This document shows positions 19,093 through 28,571 of a DNA stretch of 64,000 nucleotides, in pieces. The translations under genes were made by a program, and so were the position numbers. This DNA is from Candidatus Poribacteria bacterium (GTDB taxonomy: Bacteria > Poribacteria > WGA-4E > WGA-3G): the NCBI GenBank assembly GCA_965214095.1, contig OZ243938.1, forward strand, positions 3,840,001 to 3,904,000, written 5' to 3'. The notes beneath the pieces were generated by a model. That model saw nothing but the letters and a program-made list of their open reading frames with translations, was not told where the DNA came from and ran no database searches. Numbering within the stretch: position 1 is the stretch's first letter; each line of letters begins with the position of its first letter.

Positions 19093-19832
19093 GAGTTCAT
19101 TTCCTTGCCACGTAGGACTTCACGTGATTGCGTTGTTCCATTACCTGTGACATTATATGCGAATGTATTCATTAGCCTGTCATTTTGCGAATTATTAGGT
19201 GCAGAGCCGTGTATGATAAGCGCATTGAAGAACACGGCATCTCCAGGATCCATTTCTACTGCAACAGCGTCTTCTCGTTCTTGATAGTGTCCGGGTAGAA
19301 ATACACCGAATGTTTGATGTTTACGTTCATGTTCTTGCAAACCCCAGTTATGACTTCCTGGCACAAACTGAATACATCCATTTTCAAGGTTCGCTTCGCT
19401 TATTGCAAGTTGACAATTTATCATAACTGGTTTGTTGTTGTCATTTTTCCAATAAGCGTAGTCTTGATGCCAAGGAATTGCTGTGCCATCACCACCTGCT
19501 TTCGGTAGAAGTTTGCTATGAAACAGTGATATGTCAGGACCCATCATGCCTTCCAGCGCATCCAGAACGGCATCGGAGCGGAGAAGTCTGTTTAGTGTTG
19601 GACTCACTACTTCACTGTGCATGAGTTGCTTAATTAGCGGTGGGTGATCAGGATCATCTTCGTAGACTTCCCACGAAATACCTATGCCTTGCGTTGGATT
19701 CTCTGCCATACGGTTGTGAATGTCGTCAACTTCTTCTAAAATACTTGTGATGTCTTCTGCGGAGACGAGTCCTTTTTTTAGAAGATAACCGTTGTCTTCA
19801 TAAAATTGTTTTTCTTTATCTGTGATTCCCAT
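19089..19832 (-). CDS. Phytanoyl-CoA dioxygenase (PhyH) family Fe(II)/2OG dioxygenase
   Basis: FYEDNGYL, PWHQD, NGCIQFVPGSH, IHGSAPN. Confidence 0.9.
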   Translation of the reverse strand: MGITDKEKQFYEDNGYLLKKGLVSAEDITSILEEVDDIHNRMAENPTQGIGISWEVYEDDPDHPPLIKQLMHSEVVSPTLNRLLRSDAVLDALEGMMGPDISLFHSKLLPKAGGDGTAIPWHQDYAYWKNDNNKPVMINCQLAISEANLENGCIQFVPGSHNWGLQEHERKHQTFGVFLPGHYQEREDAVAVEMDPGDAVFFNALIIHGSAPNNSQNDRLMNTFAYNVTGNGTTQSREVLRGKEMNS

Positions 19833-19946
19833 TTATAGTTCCTTTTGACAATAAGATTTATAGTGAATTATAATGTAAATTTGCAGAAAAATCAAGGTTT
19901 TCCTAATTGAAAACCAAGGAACATCCAATTGTCAAGATTCAGTATT

Positions 19947-20080
19947 GTGATACTCACGACGACTAAAGTCGTGTGCTTCTTTAGCACACAACTCGCCTAT
20001 GTAATTCCTGCTTCCATCTCTCGTGCCTCCCTCCTGAGCTGCTTGAGGTCTTATATTGAATTGCACTCCAACTAACAGGT
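19947..20080 (-). mobile_element. Orphan IS200/IS605 right end with omega-RNA-like scaffold
   Basis: Minus strand reads ...tataagacc...gaggca...gaagcaggaa...gaagcacacgactttagtcgtcgtgagtatcac, resembling tnpB 3' ncRNA and a TCAC right end; no tnpB ORF. Confidence 0.55.
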
Positions 20081-20229
20081 ATAATGAATCGGGAAATCGT
20101 CTTTGTCAATGGTGTAATACTGCTTTTCATGAACCACTTTAATTAACGCATTGCATTGGAAAAGTGTTTACATCAGTTTTGAATACTGCTACAATACCGA
20201 CAGACATTAAGATGAAAACGGATGGTCTG

Positions 20230-20583
20230 ATGGATTACACGCTTGAAAACTGCCAAAAAATAGTTGACGAATGGATTAACTCAGTTGGTGTGCGATATTT
20301 TTCGGAACTGACAAATACTGCTATTCTCATGGAGGAGGTGGGTGAGTTAGCGAGAATAATGGCACGCAAGTTCGGTGATCAAAGTTTTAAGGACAATGAA
20401 GAAGATCTAAATCTTGCTGACGAGATAGCTGATATCCTTTTTGTTCTGATATGTTTGGCAAATCAAACAGGAGTCCACCTTGAAGATGCTTTCAAGCAGT
20501 CTATTCTAAAGAAAACAGGTCGTGATAGAGATCGTCATGCTAATAATCCTAAACTCTTTTCAGATAGTGGAGAAAAAGAATAA
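20230..20583 (+). CDS. MazG-like nucleotide pyrophosphohydrolase (YpjD type)
   Basis: YFSELTNTAILMEEVGELAR, LADEIADILFVLICLANQTG. Confidence 0.9.
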   Translation: MDYTLENCQKIVDEWINSVGVRYFSELTNTAILMEEVGELARIMARKFGDQSFKDNEEDLNLADEIADILFVLICLANQTGVHLEDAFKQSILKKTGRDRDRHANNPKLFSDSGEKE

Positions 20584-23309
20584 TGACGCATAGAAGTTTA
20601 CCGTTTTTTCTGATTCTCCTACTGTTGACGATTTCTGGTTGTGTGTTTTACAAGAGTACCCAATCAAGTTCACAAGAGATCGTTGATCCGTTGATTGAAA
20701 GAAATCAGCAATGGCGTGACAATGTTGATGCGGGTAATGCAGCGATAAAACGGGGTCAATTACAGGATGCGCTTGCAGCATTCAACGCAGCCATAAAAAT
20801 CCATCCGAATTCAAGCCTACCCTATTATAAAATCGCTGAAATCTATCTACAACTTGATGAATATGAAAAAGCACGGGACGCATTTTACGCATTCTTAGAA
20901 CTTGAGCCAAATCATATCACTGCACTTAATTATGTTGGGTTTATTTTTGAGCAATTGAATGATTACAATAATGCAGCAAAGTATTATGAACGTGTGCTAA
21001 GTATTTCAGATGATGATCTCTACGCCCTAAACCATCTCGGTTTAGCCTACAAGCAGTTAAACCGACTTGATGAAGCAGAAGCTACACTTCTTAGGGTATT
21101 GACACTTGATCCGGAATGTGAGAGTCCGGCATCAGAAAATTTACATAATTATTTAGGATTAATATATCTGATGCGGGGTGAAGTCGGTGAAGCGATTGCG
21201 CAGCTACGAGCATCAATTCGCATTTTTCCTAATGATATCTGGGCAAGGCAGCGTTTGGCATCAGTTTTTGAAGACCACCAACGTTACTTTGAAGCACAAC
21301 TTCAATATCAGCAGCTTCTTGAAGTTGACTCCGATAACCTATATGCGAAGTCAAGATTGCAAGCACTTGCTCAACTTAGTCCTGTGGCGACTACCACAAT
21401 AAATGTCCCACCTGTCTCTATTATTGAAACAGATGTTAATAAAATCATTGCGGATGCTCCTACCTCAGAAGATTACCCTAATGCTGATGTCCTCATCCTG
21501 TTCAACCATTTTAGCCATGATGTCCTACCTACGGGACGGTCGCGTTATACTACGCATCAAGTTGTTAAAATACTCAACGAAAGAGGGATACAAAAATACG
21601 GTGATATTGCAATTCCATATCAACCGAATACCCAAAATATTGGCGTGAACATTGCCCGAACAATTGCACCAGATGGCACAGAACATATTCCGCCTGAAGA
21701 AGCATTCAATGATGTGACACCCCCAGGTTTGTTATCCTACAATTTGTATTCTGATATGATGTGGCGTGTGATTTCTATGGTAGGGTTGTCTCCAGGTGTA
21801 TGCATTGAATACCAAGTGACGCTTGAAGATAAATTAGAACAGGTAACCGGAAATAAAACCTGGATCACAGGTGGCTATAACTTTCAATCTTCAGAAGTTA
21901 CACTTGAAACGGTCTTTGCATTGAGATTCCCACAGGATTATCCTATCCAGTGGGAAACCGATAACTTTGAGATTAAACCAGAGATTTCTTACGATGACAA
22001 TGGGATTGTCTTGTATGTATGGCGGAATGGTGAAGTGCCAGCAATAAAGATAGAAGATAGAATGCCGCATATCAATGACATAGCAATGCGGTTGCGTTAT
22101 TCATCAATTGAATCTTGGCAGGACGTTTACAAGTGGTATAAAGATCTCGCGAAAGGTCGTTATGTTTCTGACGAGCATATACAGTATACTGTAGAACAAC
22201 TCATAGAAAACCTAAAAACCGACAACGATATTATTCGGGCAATATATCACTTTGTTTCCAAACAGATCCGTTACGTAGGAATTGAGCTTGGACAGAGTGC
22301 CTACCAACCATCTGCTGCAACGGAAGTGCTGCAAAAACAGTATGGAGATTGTAAGGATAAAACGACTTTGCTTATTTCAATGTTGGATCTCGTTGGTATC
22401 AAGGCGTATCCTGTAATGGTTAGCACGGCTCCTTATGAAAGAGTTAATATGACCTTGCCATCACTCAGTCAATTTAATCACATGATCGCAGCTGTTCCAA
22501 CGGGAAAACGGAAATATATCTGGATGGACCCTACATCTAATACTTGTGGTTACGGAGATTTACCTTATAAGAACCAAGGACGAGTGGGATTCCTTATTGG
22601 AGATAGAGATGGTACTTTTGTTGATATTCCCATATTTCCAGCAGAATCAAATAAATTGGTATCTAAAACGGAGTTATGGTTAAATGATGAAGGTAAGACA
22701 AGAGGTGAAATACAAATTCGTTTGACTGGACAATATAATCTAAGTACCCGTTGGAGTTATAAACAGATTCCACCATCAGAATGGAAGAACACTCTTGCTG
22801 CTGAACTCAATCCGCTTTTTCCAAATATCGTTATAGACGATGCCACAATCTCCGATTTATATGATTCGGATTCACCACTTAAAATAAAAGTAGACTTTCA
22901 CATTGAAAACAGTGTAACGGAACTCAATGATCAAGCTTTGCTTCAGATGCCGATAGATGAATTTTCTGACTATGCGGAAATTGTAGCCGCTGCAGAACGT
23001 TTTTATCCTCTTGACCTATACTATCCGATACAGATAGAGAAAACAATTCAGATTCACTTACCAGATGGTTGGTCAACTGTGTTGCCTGCTGACATTAAAA
23101 AGGAGACGAGTTTTGCTTCATTGCATAGGCAGTATAGACAACATGAGAATATAGTCCTTTATCAATTAGTTCTGACATTAAGGCAACAGTCAATTCCTGC
23201 TGTGGCATATACAGAAGCCAAACAATTCTTCAATCTACTTGCGGATGAGGATGGCAGTAGTCTCCTATTGAAGACAACCAACGATGATATATCTAACTTA
23301 AGAAATTAA
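20583..23309 (+). CDS. TPR-repeat lipoprotein fused to DUF3857 and transglutaminase-like domains
   Basis: Lipobox ISGC; several TPRs; catalytic triad motifs GDCKDK, FNHMI, WMDPT; TAATG overlap with mazG. Confidence 0.85.
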   Translation: MTHRSLPFFLILLLLTISGCVFYKSTQSSSQEIVDPLIERNQQWRDNVDAGNAAIKRGQLQDALAAFNAAIKIHPNSSLPYYKIAEIYLQLDEYEKARDAFYAFLELEPNHITALNYVGFIFEQLNDYNNAAKYYERVLSISDDDLYALNHLGLAYKQLNRLDEAEATLLRVLTLDPECESPASENLHNYLGLIYLMRGEVGEAIAQLRASIRIFPNDIWARQRLASVFEDHQRYFEAQLQYQQLLEVDSDNLYAKSRLQALAQLSPVATTTINVPPVSIIETDVNKIIADAPTSEDYPNADVLILFNHFSHDVLPTGRSRYTTHQVVKILNERGIQKYGDIAIPYQPNTQNIGVNIARTIAPDGTEHIPPEEAFNDVTPPGLLSYNLYSDMMWRVISMVGLSPGVCIEYQVTLEDKLEQVTGNKTWITGGYNFQSSEVTLETVFALRFPQDYPIQWETDNFEIKPEISYDDNGIVLYVWRNGEVPAIKIEDRMPHINDIAMRLRYSSIESWQDVYKWYKDLAKGRYVSDEHIQYTVEQLIENLKTDNDIIRAIYHFVSKQIRYVGIELGQSAYQPSAATEVLQKQYGDCKDKTTLLISMLDLVGIKAYPVMVSTAPYERVNMTLPSLSQFNHMIAAVPTGKRKYIWMDPTSNTCGYGDLPYKNQGRVGFLIGDRDGTFVDIPIFPAESNKLVSKTELWLNDEGKTRGEIQIRLTGQYNLSTRWSYKQIPPSEWKNTLAAELNPLFPNIVIDDATISDLYDSDSPLKIKVDFHIENSVTELNDQALLQMPIDEFSDYAEIVAAAERFYPLDLYYPIQIEKTIQIHLPDGWSTVLPADIKKETSFASLHRQYRQHENIVLYQLVLTLRQQSIPAVAYTEAKQFFNLLADEDGSSLLLKTTNDDISNLRN

Positions 23310-23430
23310 TGCTTTTTTATAGTTTAGAAATAACTTCATCCTTTTAATTTTTAATAAATTATTCTGATTCTATTTTTAACAATTTTGATTATGATCTTAT
23401 CCTACATATATTATAAGGGGAAGCAATTAT

Positions 23431-25035
23431 ATGAATGACAACAGAAAACCTAATATTGTTCTCATCCTAAACGATGATATGGGATTTTCAGATTTAGGGT
23501 GCTATGGTGGTGAAGTCAATACACCGAATTTGGATCGGCTCGCGGCAGGTGGACTTCGGTGGACGCAATTTTACAATACCGCACGATGCTGTCCGTCACG
23601 GGCATCAATGCTTACCGGTCTCCATCCACATCAAACCGGTGTAGGACACATGATGAGTGATGATGGATTAGAAGGGTATCGTGGAGACCTGAATGATCGT
23701 TGCATCACGATTGCGGATGCTGTCCGATCCGAAGGCTATGGCACGTATATGAGTGGAAAATGGCATATTTCCAGACATACTGGTCCAGATGGTCCTAAAC
23801 ATAGTTGGCCCTGCCAGCGGGGTTTTGATGAATATTACGGTATAATTACAGGGGCTGCTAACTTTTGGAAACCGAACACATTGACGCGGAATAATACGCG
23901 TCTTGATAGTGATGACCTGCCAGAAGGATATTTTTTTACAGATGCTGTAAGTGATGAAGCAGTGAATTTTATTCAGAATCACCATAATAAGAAAGGTGAT
24001 AGTCCGTTTTTCACTTATGTTGCCTACACCGCACCGCATTGGCCGCTACATGCACACGATGAAGACATAGCGGAATACAATGGAAGGTTTGCAGCAGGTT
24101 GGGATGAACTCCGAGAAGAACGTCTATCACGCATGCGTGAAATGAAGTTACTTGATGAATCATGGGGACTGACTGCTCGCGATCCATCACAACTTCCGTG
24201 GAGTGAAGCACAATATAAGGAATGGAACCAACGTCGGATGGAGGTCTATGCAGCACAGATAACACGCATGGATGCTGGTATAGGACGAATCATTGATTCA
24301 CTTGAAGAAACGGGACAATTAGAGAATACCCTTATCCTGTTTTTAGCAGATAACGGTGGGTGTGCCGAGGAACTCGGTGGTCCACCTGCAGTGCGTGATA
24401 GAGATACACATATTAGCACACAGTTGACCTCAGATGGAAAACCTGTTTATCGTGGTAACGATCCGAGTATTATGCCAGGACCCGAAACCACCTATCAGAG
24501 TTATGGTGTGCCGTGGGCAAATCTATCAAATACTCCGTTCCGTCTTTATAAACACTGGGTGCACGAAGGGGGAATTGCAACGCCATTGATAGCACATTGG
24601 CCAGATGCAATCAATTCGGCAGGTGAACTCCGTCATCAACCAGGGCAGCTTCCAGACATCATGGCAACTTGTCTTGAGGTATCTGGTGCTTCATATCCTG
24701 AAGAACATGAAGGCAACCCTATTTTACCTTTAGAAGGGACAAGTTTAGTTCCAATTTTTGATGATAAAGATAACGGTAAAGAAATCCTATTTTGGGAACA
24801 CGAAGGTAACTGTGCTATTCGTCAAGGGGATATGAAGCTTGTCTGTAGATTCCCTGGTGATTGGGAATTGTACGATCTCCAAGCGGAACGAACGGAAATC
24901 AACAATATCGCCGACAAGCATTCGGAAAAGGTGAAAGAATTAGATGGTTTGTACCAAGACTGGACGAACCGCTGCTTTATATACCCTTGGGATAAACTTC
25001 AGGAACACCGTAGACAACGTAGACAGAATAGATGA
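23431..25035 (+). CDS. Arylsulfatase (Cys-type, cytoplasmic)
   Basis: PNIVLILNDDMG, CCPSRASMLTG, GKWH. Confidence 0.92.
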   Translation: MNDNRKPNIVLILNDDMGFSDLGCYGGEVNTPNLDRLAAGGLRWTQFYNTARCCPSRASMLTGLHPHQTGVGHMMSDDGLEGYRGDLNDRCITIADAVRSEGYGTYMSGKWHISRHTGPDGPKHSWPCQRGFDEYYGIITGAANFWKPNTLTRNNTRLDSDDLPEGYFFTDAVSDEAVNFIQNHHNKKGDSPFFTYVAYTAPHWPLHAHDEDIAEYNGRFAAGWDELREERLSRMREMKLLDESWGLTARDPSQLPWSEAQYKEWNQRRMEVYAAQITRMDAGIGRIIDSLEETGQLENTLILFLADNGGCAEELGGPPAVRDRDTHISTQLTSDGKPVYRGNDPSIMPGPETTYQSYGVPWANLSNTPFRLYKHWVHEGGIATPLIAHWPDAINSAGELRHQPGQLPDIMATCLEVSGASYPEEHEGNPILPLEGTSLVPIFDDKDNGKEILFWEHEGNCAIRQGDMKLVCRFPGDWELYDLQAERTEINNIADKHSEKVKELDGLYQDWTNRCFIYPWDKLQEHRRQRRQNR

Positions 25036-25131
25036 TAGACGGAAAAACATTTTCGTCTAAAATGATTAGATAAGAATATGATTGCGTACCTAGAATTATG
25101 TTGTTGAATGTAAATAATAAGGAGAAAGAGA

Positions 25132-25638
25132 ATGGTTGAAATTGGAGGACAGACGTTCTCATCAGTTGCAGATGTGCGAAAGCATGTACATGATCTGTTA
25201 AGCAATTTCCCGATGGATGAACCGTTAACAGGGACAGATGGTGCAATAATCCAGGAACTTTTCTTATGCCATCCCGATGCCGAAGAGAAAATTGGGGACA
25301 AGGAAATACAGTTCTTTAAGGTTGGGAAACATCAGCAGGCAGGGGCACGCGCATTTTGTATTGTGCGGTCAGATGATTCTGAAGAGACATTCAGTATGAA
25401 AAAGTGTGTTTCTGCATGGACACAGACACAGAAAACAGATGCATCAGCAAAAACTGCTAAAAGTCAGAAACCGAAACCACAGCAAGTTGTCAATACATTA
25501 GATTTAGAGACTGGGACAGATGTAGAAGGATTAGCTGGACTCATAATTCGCTTTCAACGTGTTGTGGATCTTCATGCACAACTCGGTCTGGAGATTCAGC
25601 AGATACAAAAAATATTGGCGGAAGAATCAAAGCAGTAG
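25132..25638 (+). CDS. DCL/DeCL (DUF3223)-like domain protein with C-terminal coiled coil
   Basis: HPDAEEKIG...FCIVRSDDSEETFSMKKCV resembles the DUF3223 HP..K.G...CF...R.DG...FSY.KC pattern. Confidence 0.65.
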   Translation: MVEIGGQTFSSVADVRKHVHDLLSNFPMDEPLTGTDGAIIQELFLCHPDAEEKIGDKEIQFFKVGKHQQAGARAFCIVRSDDSEETFSMKKCVSAWTQTQKTDASAKTAKSQKPKPQQVVNTLDLETGTDVEGLAGLIIRFQRVVDLHAQLGLEIQQIQKILAEESKQ

Positions 25639-25687
25639 GAACTAATGATGTATGTGGTTTTCCTGACATTAGACACACATCATGATT

Positions 25688-25713
25688 TAGGCGCGCTTAA
25701 AAAGCGCGCCTAC
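25688..25713. terminator. Hairpin between convergent genes (GTAG-REP-like on the minus strand)
   Basis: taggcgcgctt-aaa-aagcgcgccta. Confidence 0.6.
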
Positions 25714-25737
25714 TGCTTTGTGTAAGTTTACCTAATG

Positions 25738-26835
25738 TTATGCACTACATGCAAGCATTTTCAAACAAACTGGGTTCGGCACTTCAGTGACGTTTCCTGT
25801 ATCAGTGAGTTGACCAGTATCAGGATTGACTGCAAATGTAACTATATTACTGGTCTGTTGATTAGCAGCTAAAAGAAAGGTGCCTTCAGGATTCAATCCA
25901 AAGTTTCGTGGTGCTTGCCCTTGTGTAGATTCACAACCGGTATAATTTAACATACCAGTTTCTTGATCAATAGCGCAGATGACGATACTATCATGCCCGC
26001 GATTTGAACCGTAGAGGAATTTCCCAGATGGATGCACATGAACATCTGCGCAGTGACTTGTTCCATCAAAGTCATCGGGTAACGTAGAAATAGATTGGAT
26101 TTCAGTGAGTGAACCTGTGTTTGCATCATAGCGAAATGCAGTGAAGGTAGAATCCAATTCATTGATAACATACGCATATTTTCCATTTGGGTGAAAATCA
26201 AGGTGTCTTGGACCTGCTCCTGGATGTACCCGTGCCCATGGTTGTGTGTTCGCATTGAGTTTTCCGTTGTCTAAATCCAGTTGATAGATGAGTATTTTAT
26301 CTAGACCTAAGTCTGGGGCAAATGCATAACGGTTATCAGGATCGATCATAATGGCATGTGCGTGTGGTTCAGATTGCCGTCCGGGATTGATACTTGATCC
26401 TTGATGTTGTACAAAACTTGAAGCTTCAGCCAGCCTGCCATCTTTTCCGATGGGGAATGCAGCGACACTTCCGCCGCCGTAATTTGCAACAAGCAGGTAT
26501 TTGCCTGTTGCATCAACACTCACATGACAAGGGGCACCACCACCTGTAGCCTGTTGGTTTAGGAAGCTAATCTCTCCTGTGCTTCCATGAATGTAAAATG
26601 CTGTGACTGCGCCGCTTGCTTTGCCTTCAAATTCGCCAATTTCATTTACCGAGAAAAGGTAACGTCCACTGGGATGGATATCCAAAAATGATGGATTTAC
26701 CACACCCGTTATCTTACTGGAATATTCTAATGCACCTGTTTCTCCGTCCATGTGATAGACATATATTCCTTCGCTATCACCGTGTGTATATGTGCCAACG
26801 TAAACGTAATAATCTTGATTGTTTTCTTTTGCCAT
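25738..26835 (-). CDS. pgl: 6-phosphogluconolactonase (cycloisomerase-2 beta-propeller)
   Basis: YVGTYT, VANYGGGS, PHAH, GAGPRHLDFHP, SNRGHDS, PRNF. Confidence 0.88.
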   Translation of the reverse strand: MAKENNQDYYVYVGTYTHGDSEGIYVYHMDGETGALEYSSKITGVVNPSFLDIHPSGRYLFSVNEIGEFEGKASGAVTAFYIHGSTGEISFLNQQATGGGAPCHVSVDATGKYLLVANYGGGSVAAFPIGKDGRLAEASSFVQHQGSSINPGRQSEPHAHAIMIDPDNRYAFAPDLGLDKILIYQLDLDNGKLNANTQPWARVHPGAGPRHLDFHPNGKYAYVINELDSTFTAFRYDANTGSLTEIQSISTLPDDFDGTSHCADVHVHPSGKFLYGSNRGHDSIVICAIDQETGMLNYTGCESTQGQAPRNFGLNPEGTFLLAANQQTSNIVTFAVNPDTGQLTDTGNVTEVPNPVCLKMLACSA

Positions 26836-26861
26836 TAAATGTTTCTCCTTGCTGAAATAAA

Positions 26862-28466
26862 CTAAATAAGCTTTACATGAAGGGAGTTCTCATCACTCTC
26901 TTTATAGCCAATCCGTATTGCTTTTGTGCGTATGGTGGTTTCACCTTTTGGTAAACGTAGTGGTTCTGTATACAGTATCCAATGTACATCCTCTCCCTGT
27001 TCCATAGTATAAGCGATTGATGCACCCTGTGTGGAACAGTGAAGTTGTAATAGCATTGGTGCTTCCCATTCTCCATTCTCCACAGCTGGTTGTCTGCCTG
27101 GATTTGAGGTGTTTATTGGGATGAAAATTGGGGACGCTGTTTGTGGTTGTTCTCCATTTGGATACCACTTCGCTTTCATCTGTTCTTCGGAAATATCTCC
27201 CATATCTCCGAATGTGGATTGCCATTCTGCTAATGTATTCCGCATCCGTTCAAGCACATCTGCATGTGAGGCATCCTCTGCTAAGTTGCTGAGTTCAAAT
27301 TTATCGTTTTCAACATCGTAGAGTTCCTCTGCGGGTCGGGGGTATTGGAACATGGTCAATTGATCACCCTCTAATTTGTCTTCAGCATAAAGTCGCCACA
27401 TTTCCTGCATCACAGGATGTCGGTTGCGGTAAGGAATCCAGAGGAGATAAGGTTTTTCTGGATAGTAATTTCTAATATATTTATATTTTTTATCGCGCAC
27501 AGCACGTATCATGTCATAAGATTCATCATATCTGTCGCGAGTTGCGAAGATGTAATCACGTTCAACTTTCTGTGGTCCGAGGAAGGGTTGTCCCTGTATG
27601 TGCTGCGGCACTTGTACACCACACAACGATAATACAGTGGGTCCAAGGTCAATTAAACTGACTAATTGATCACTTTCGCTGTTTGGTGTAATTTCCTCGT
27701 GCCAACGTACGATGAGTGGTATCCGTATTCCTGCGTCATAGGGCCACCGTTTACCACGTGGGAGTCCTTCTCCGTGGTCACTCCAGATAAAGACGATAGT
27801 GTTTTCAGCGAGTCCATCTTCCTCCAATTGGTCTAACAGTTCACCGACACGTGCATCTGAAGTAGCGAGATTATCGTATTGTCGTGCTAATGCTTCGCGT
27901 GCTTTCGGTGTATCTGGTAAATATGGAGGTAACTCCACATCATCAGGATTAGTGGTTATTGGTCTGTCGTCTCTGTCCCACATTCCGCTTTCGTGTGTGA
28001 CAGTGGGATTGAAAACTGAAAAGAAAGGTTGTCCTTCCTCACGATTTCGCCAGTGACCTTGGTTGCTGTTGTCATCCCAAGCAGTGATAGGTGGGGTGAA
28101 CTGATAGTCTGTTTTGTTGTTGTTTGTGCAGTAGTAACCAGCAGCTCGTAGATATTCAGTAAAGGTCTTAACATAGTGAGGAAGCACTGCAGAATAGGGG
28201 GTTGGCATGTTCGGTGTATTGCGGTTGGTATGTCCTGTCCGCATGTGGTGTGTGCCTATAGAGGTTTGATACATGCCTGTGATAATAGCGGAACGACTCG
28301 GTGCACAGACACCAGCTGTTGAAAACGCGTTTGGAAACCGACATCCGCTGGCAGCGAGTCGGTCGATGTTTGGTGTACGTGCGATTGGGTCACCATAGCA
28401 ACCGAACCGTGGTGTTGTGTCTTCTAAAGATATCCAAAGAATGTTAGGACGATCTGATATGTTCAT
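26862..28466 (-). CDS. Sulfatase with C-terminal FN3-associated/CHB_HEX_C-like domain
   Basis: CAPSRSAIITG; C-terminal STQGASIAYT...YTEPL...KAIRIGYKES. Confidence 0.9.
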   Translation of the reverse strand: MNISDRPNILWISLEDTTPRFGCYGDPIARTPNIDRLAASGCRFPNAFSTAGVCAPSRSAIITGMYQTSIGTHHMRTGHTNRNTPNMPTPYSAVLPHYVKTFTEYLRAAGYYCTNNNKTDYQFTPPITAWDDNSNQGHWRNREEGQPFFSVFNPTVTHESGMWDRDDRPITTNPDDVELPPYLPDTPKAREALARQYDNLATSDARVGELLDQLEEDGLAENTIVFIWSDHGEGLPRGKRWPYDAGIRIPLIVRWHEEITPNSESDQLVSLIDLGPTVLSLCGVQVPQHIQGQPFLGPQKVERDYIFATRDRYDESYDMIRAVRDKKYKYIRNYYPEKPYLLWIPYRNRHPVMQEMWRLYAEDKLEGDQLTMFQYPRPAEELYDVENDKFELSNLAEDASHADVLERMRNTLAEWQSTFGDMGDISEEQMKAKWYPNGEQPQTASPIFIPINTSNPGRQPAVENGEWEAPMLLQLHCSTQGASIAYTMEQGEDVHWILYTEPLRLPKGETTIRTKAIRIGYKESDENSLHVKLI

Positions 28467-28571
28467 TCTGACTCCCTTTTTTACAAAGATTGTACCCTAA
28501 ACAGCGGTTTAAGTCAACATGGTTGTGAAGTTGTATGCGGGGTTATCGCGCCAAAGTACCGTTAAGTATAT

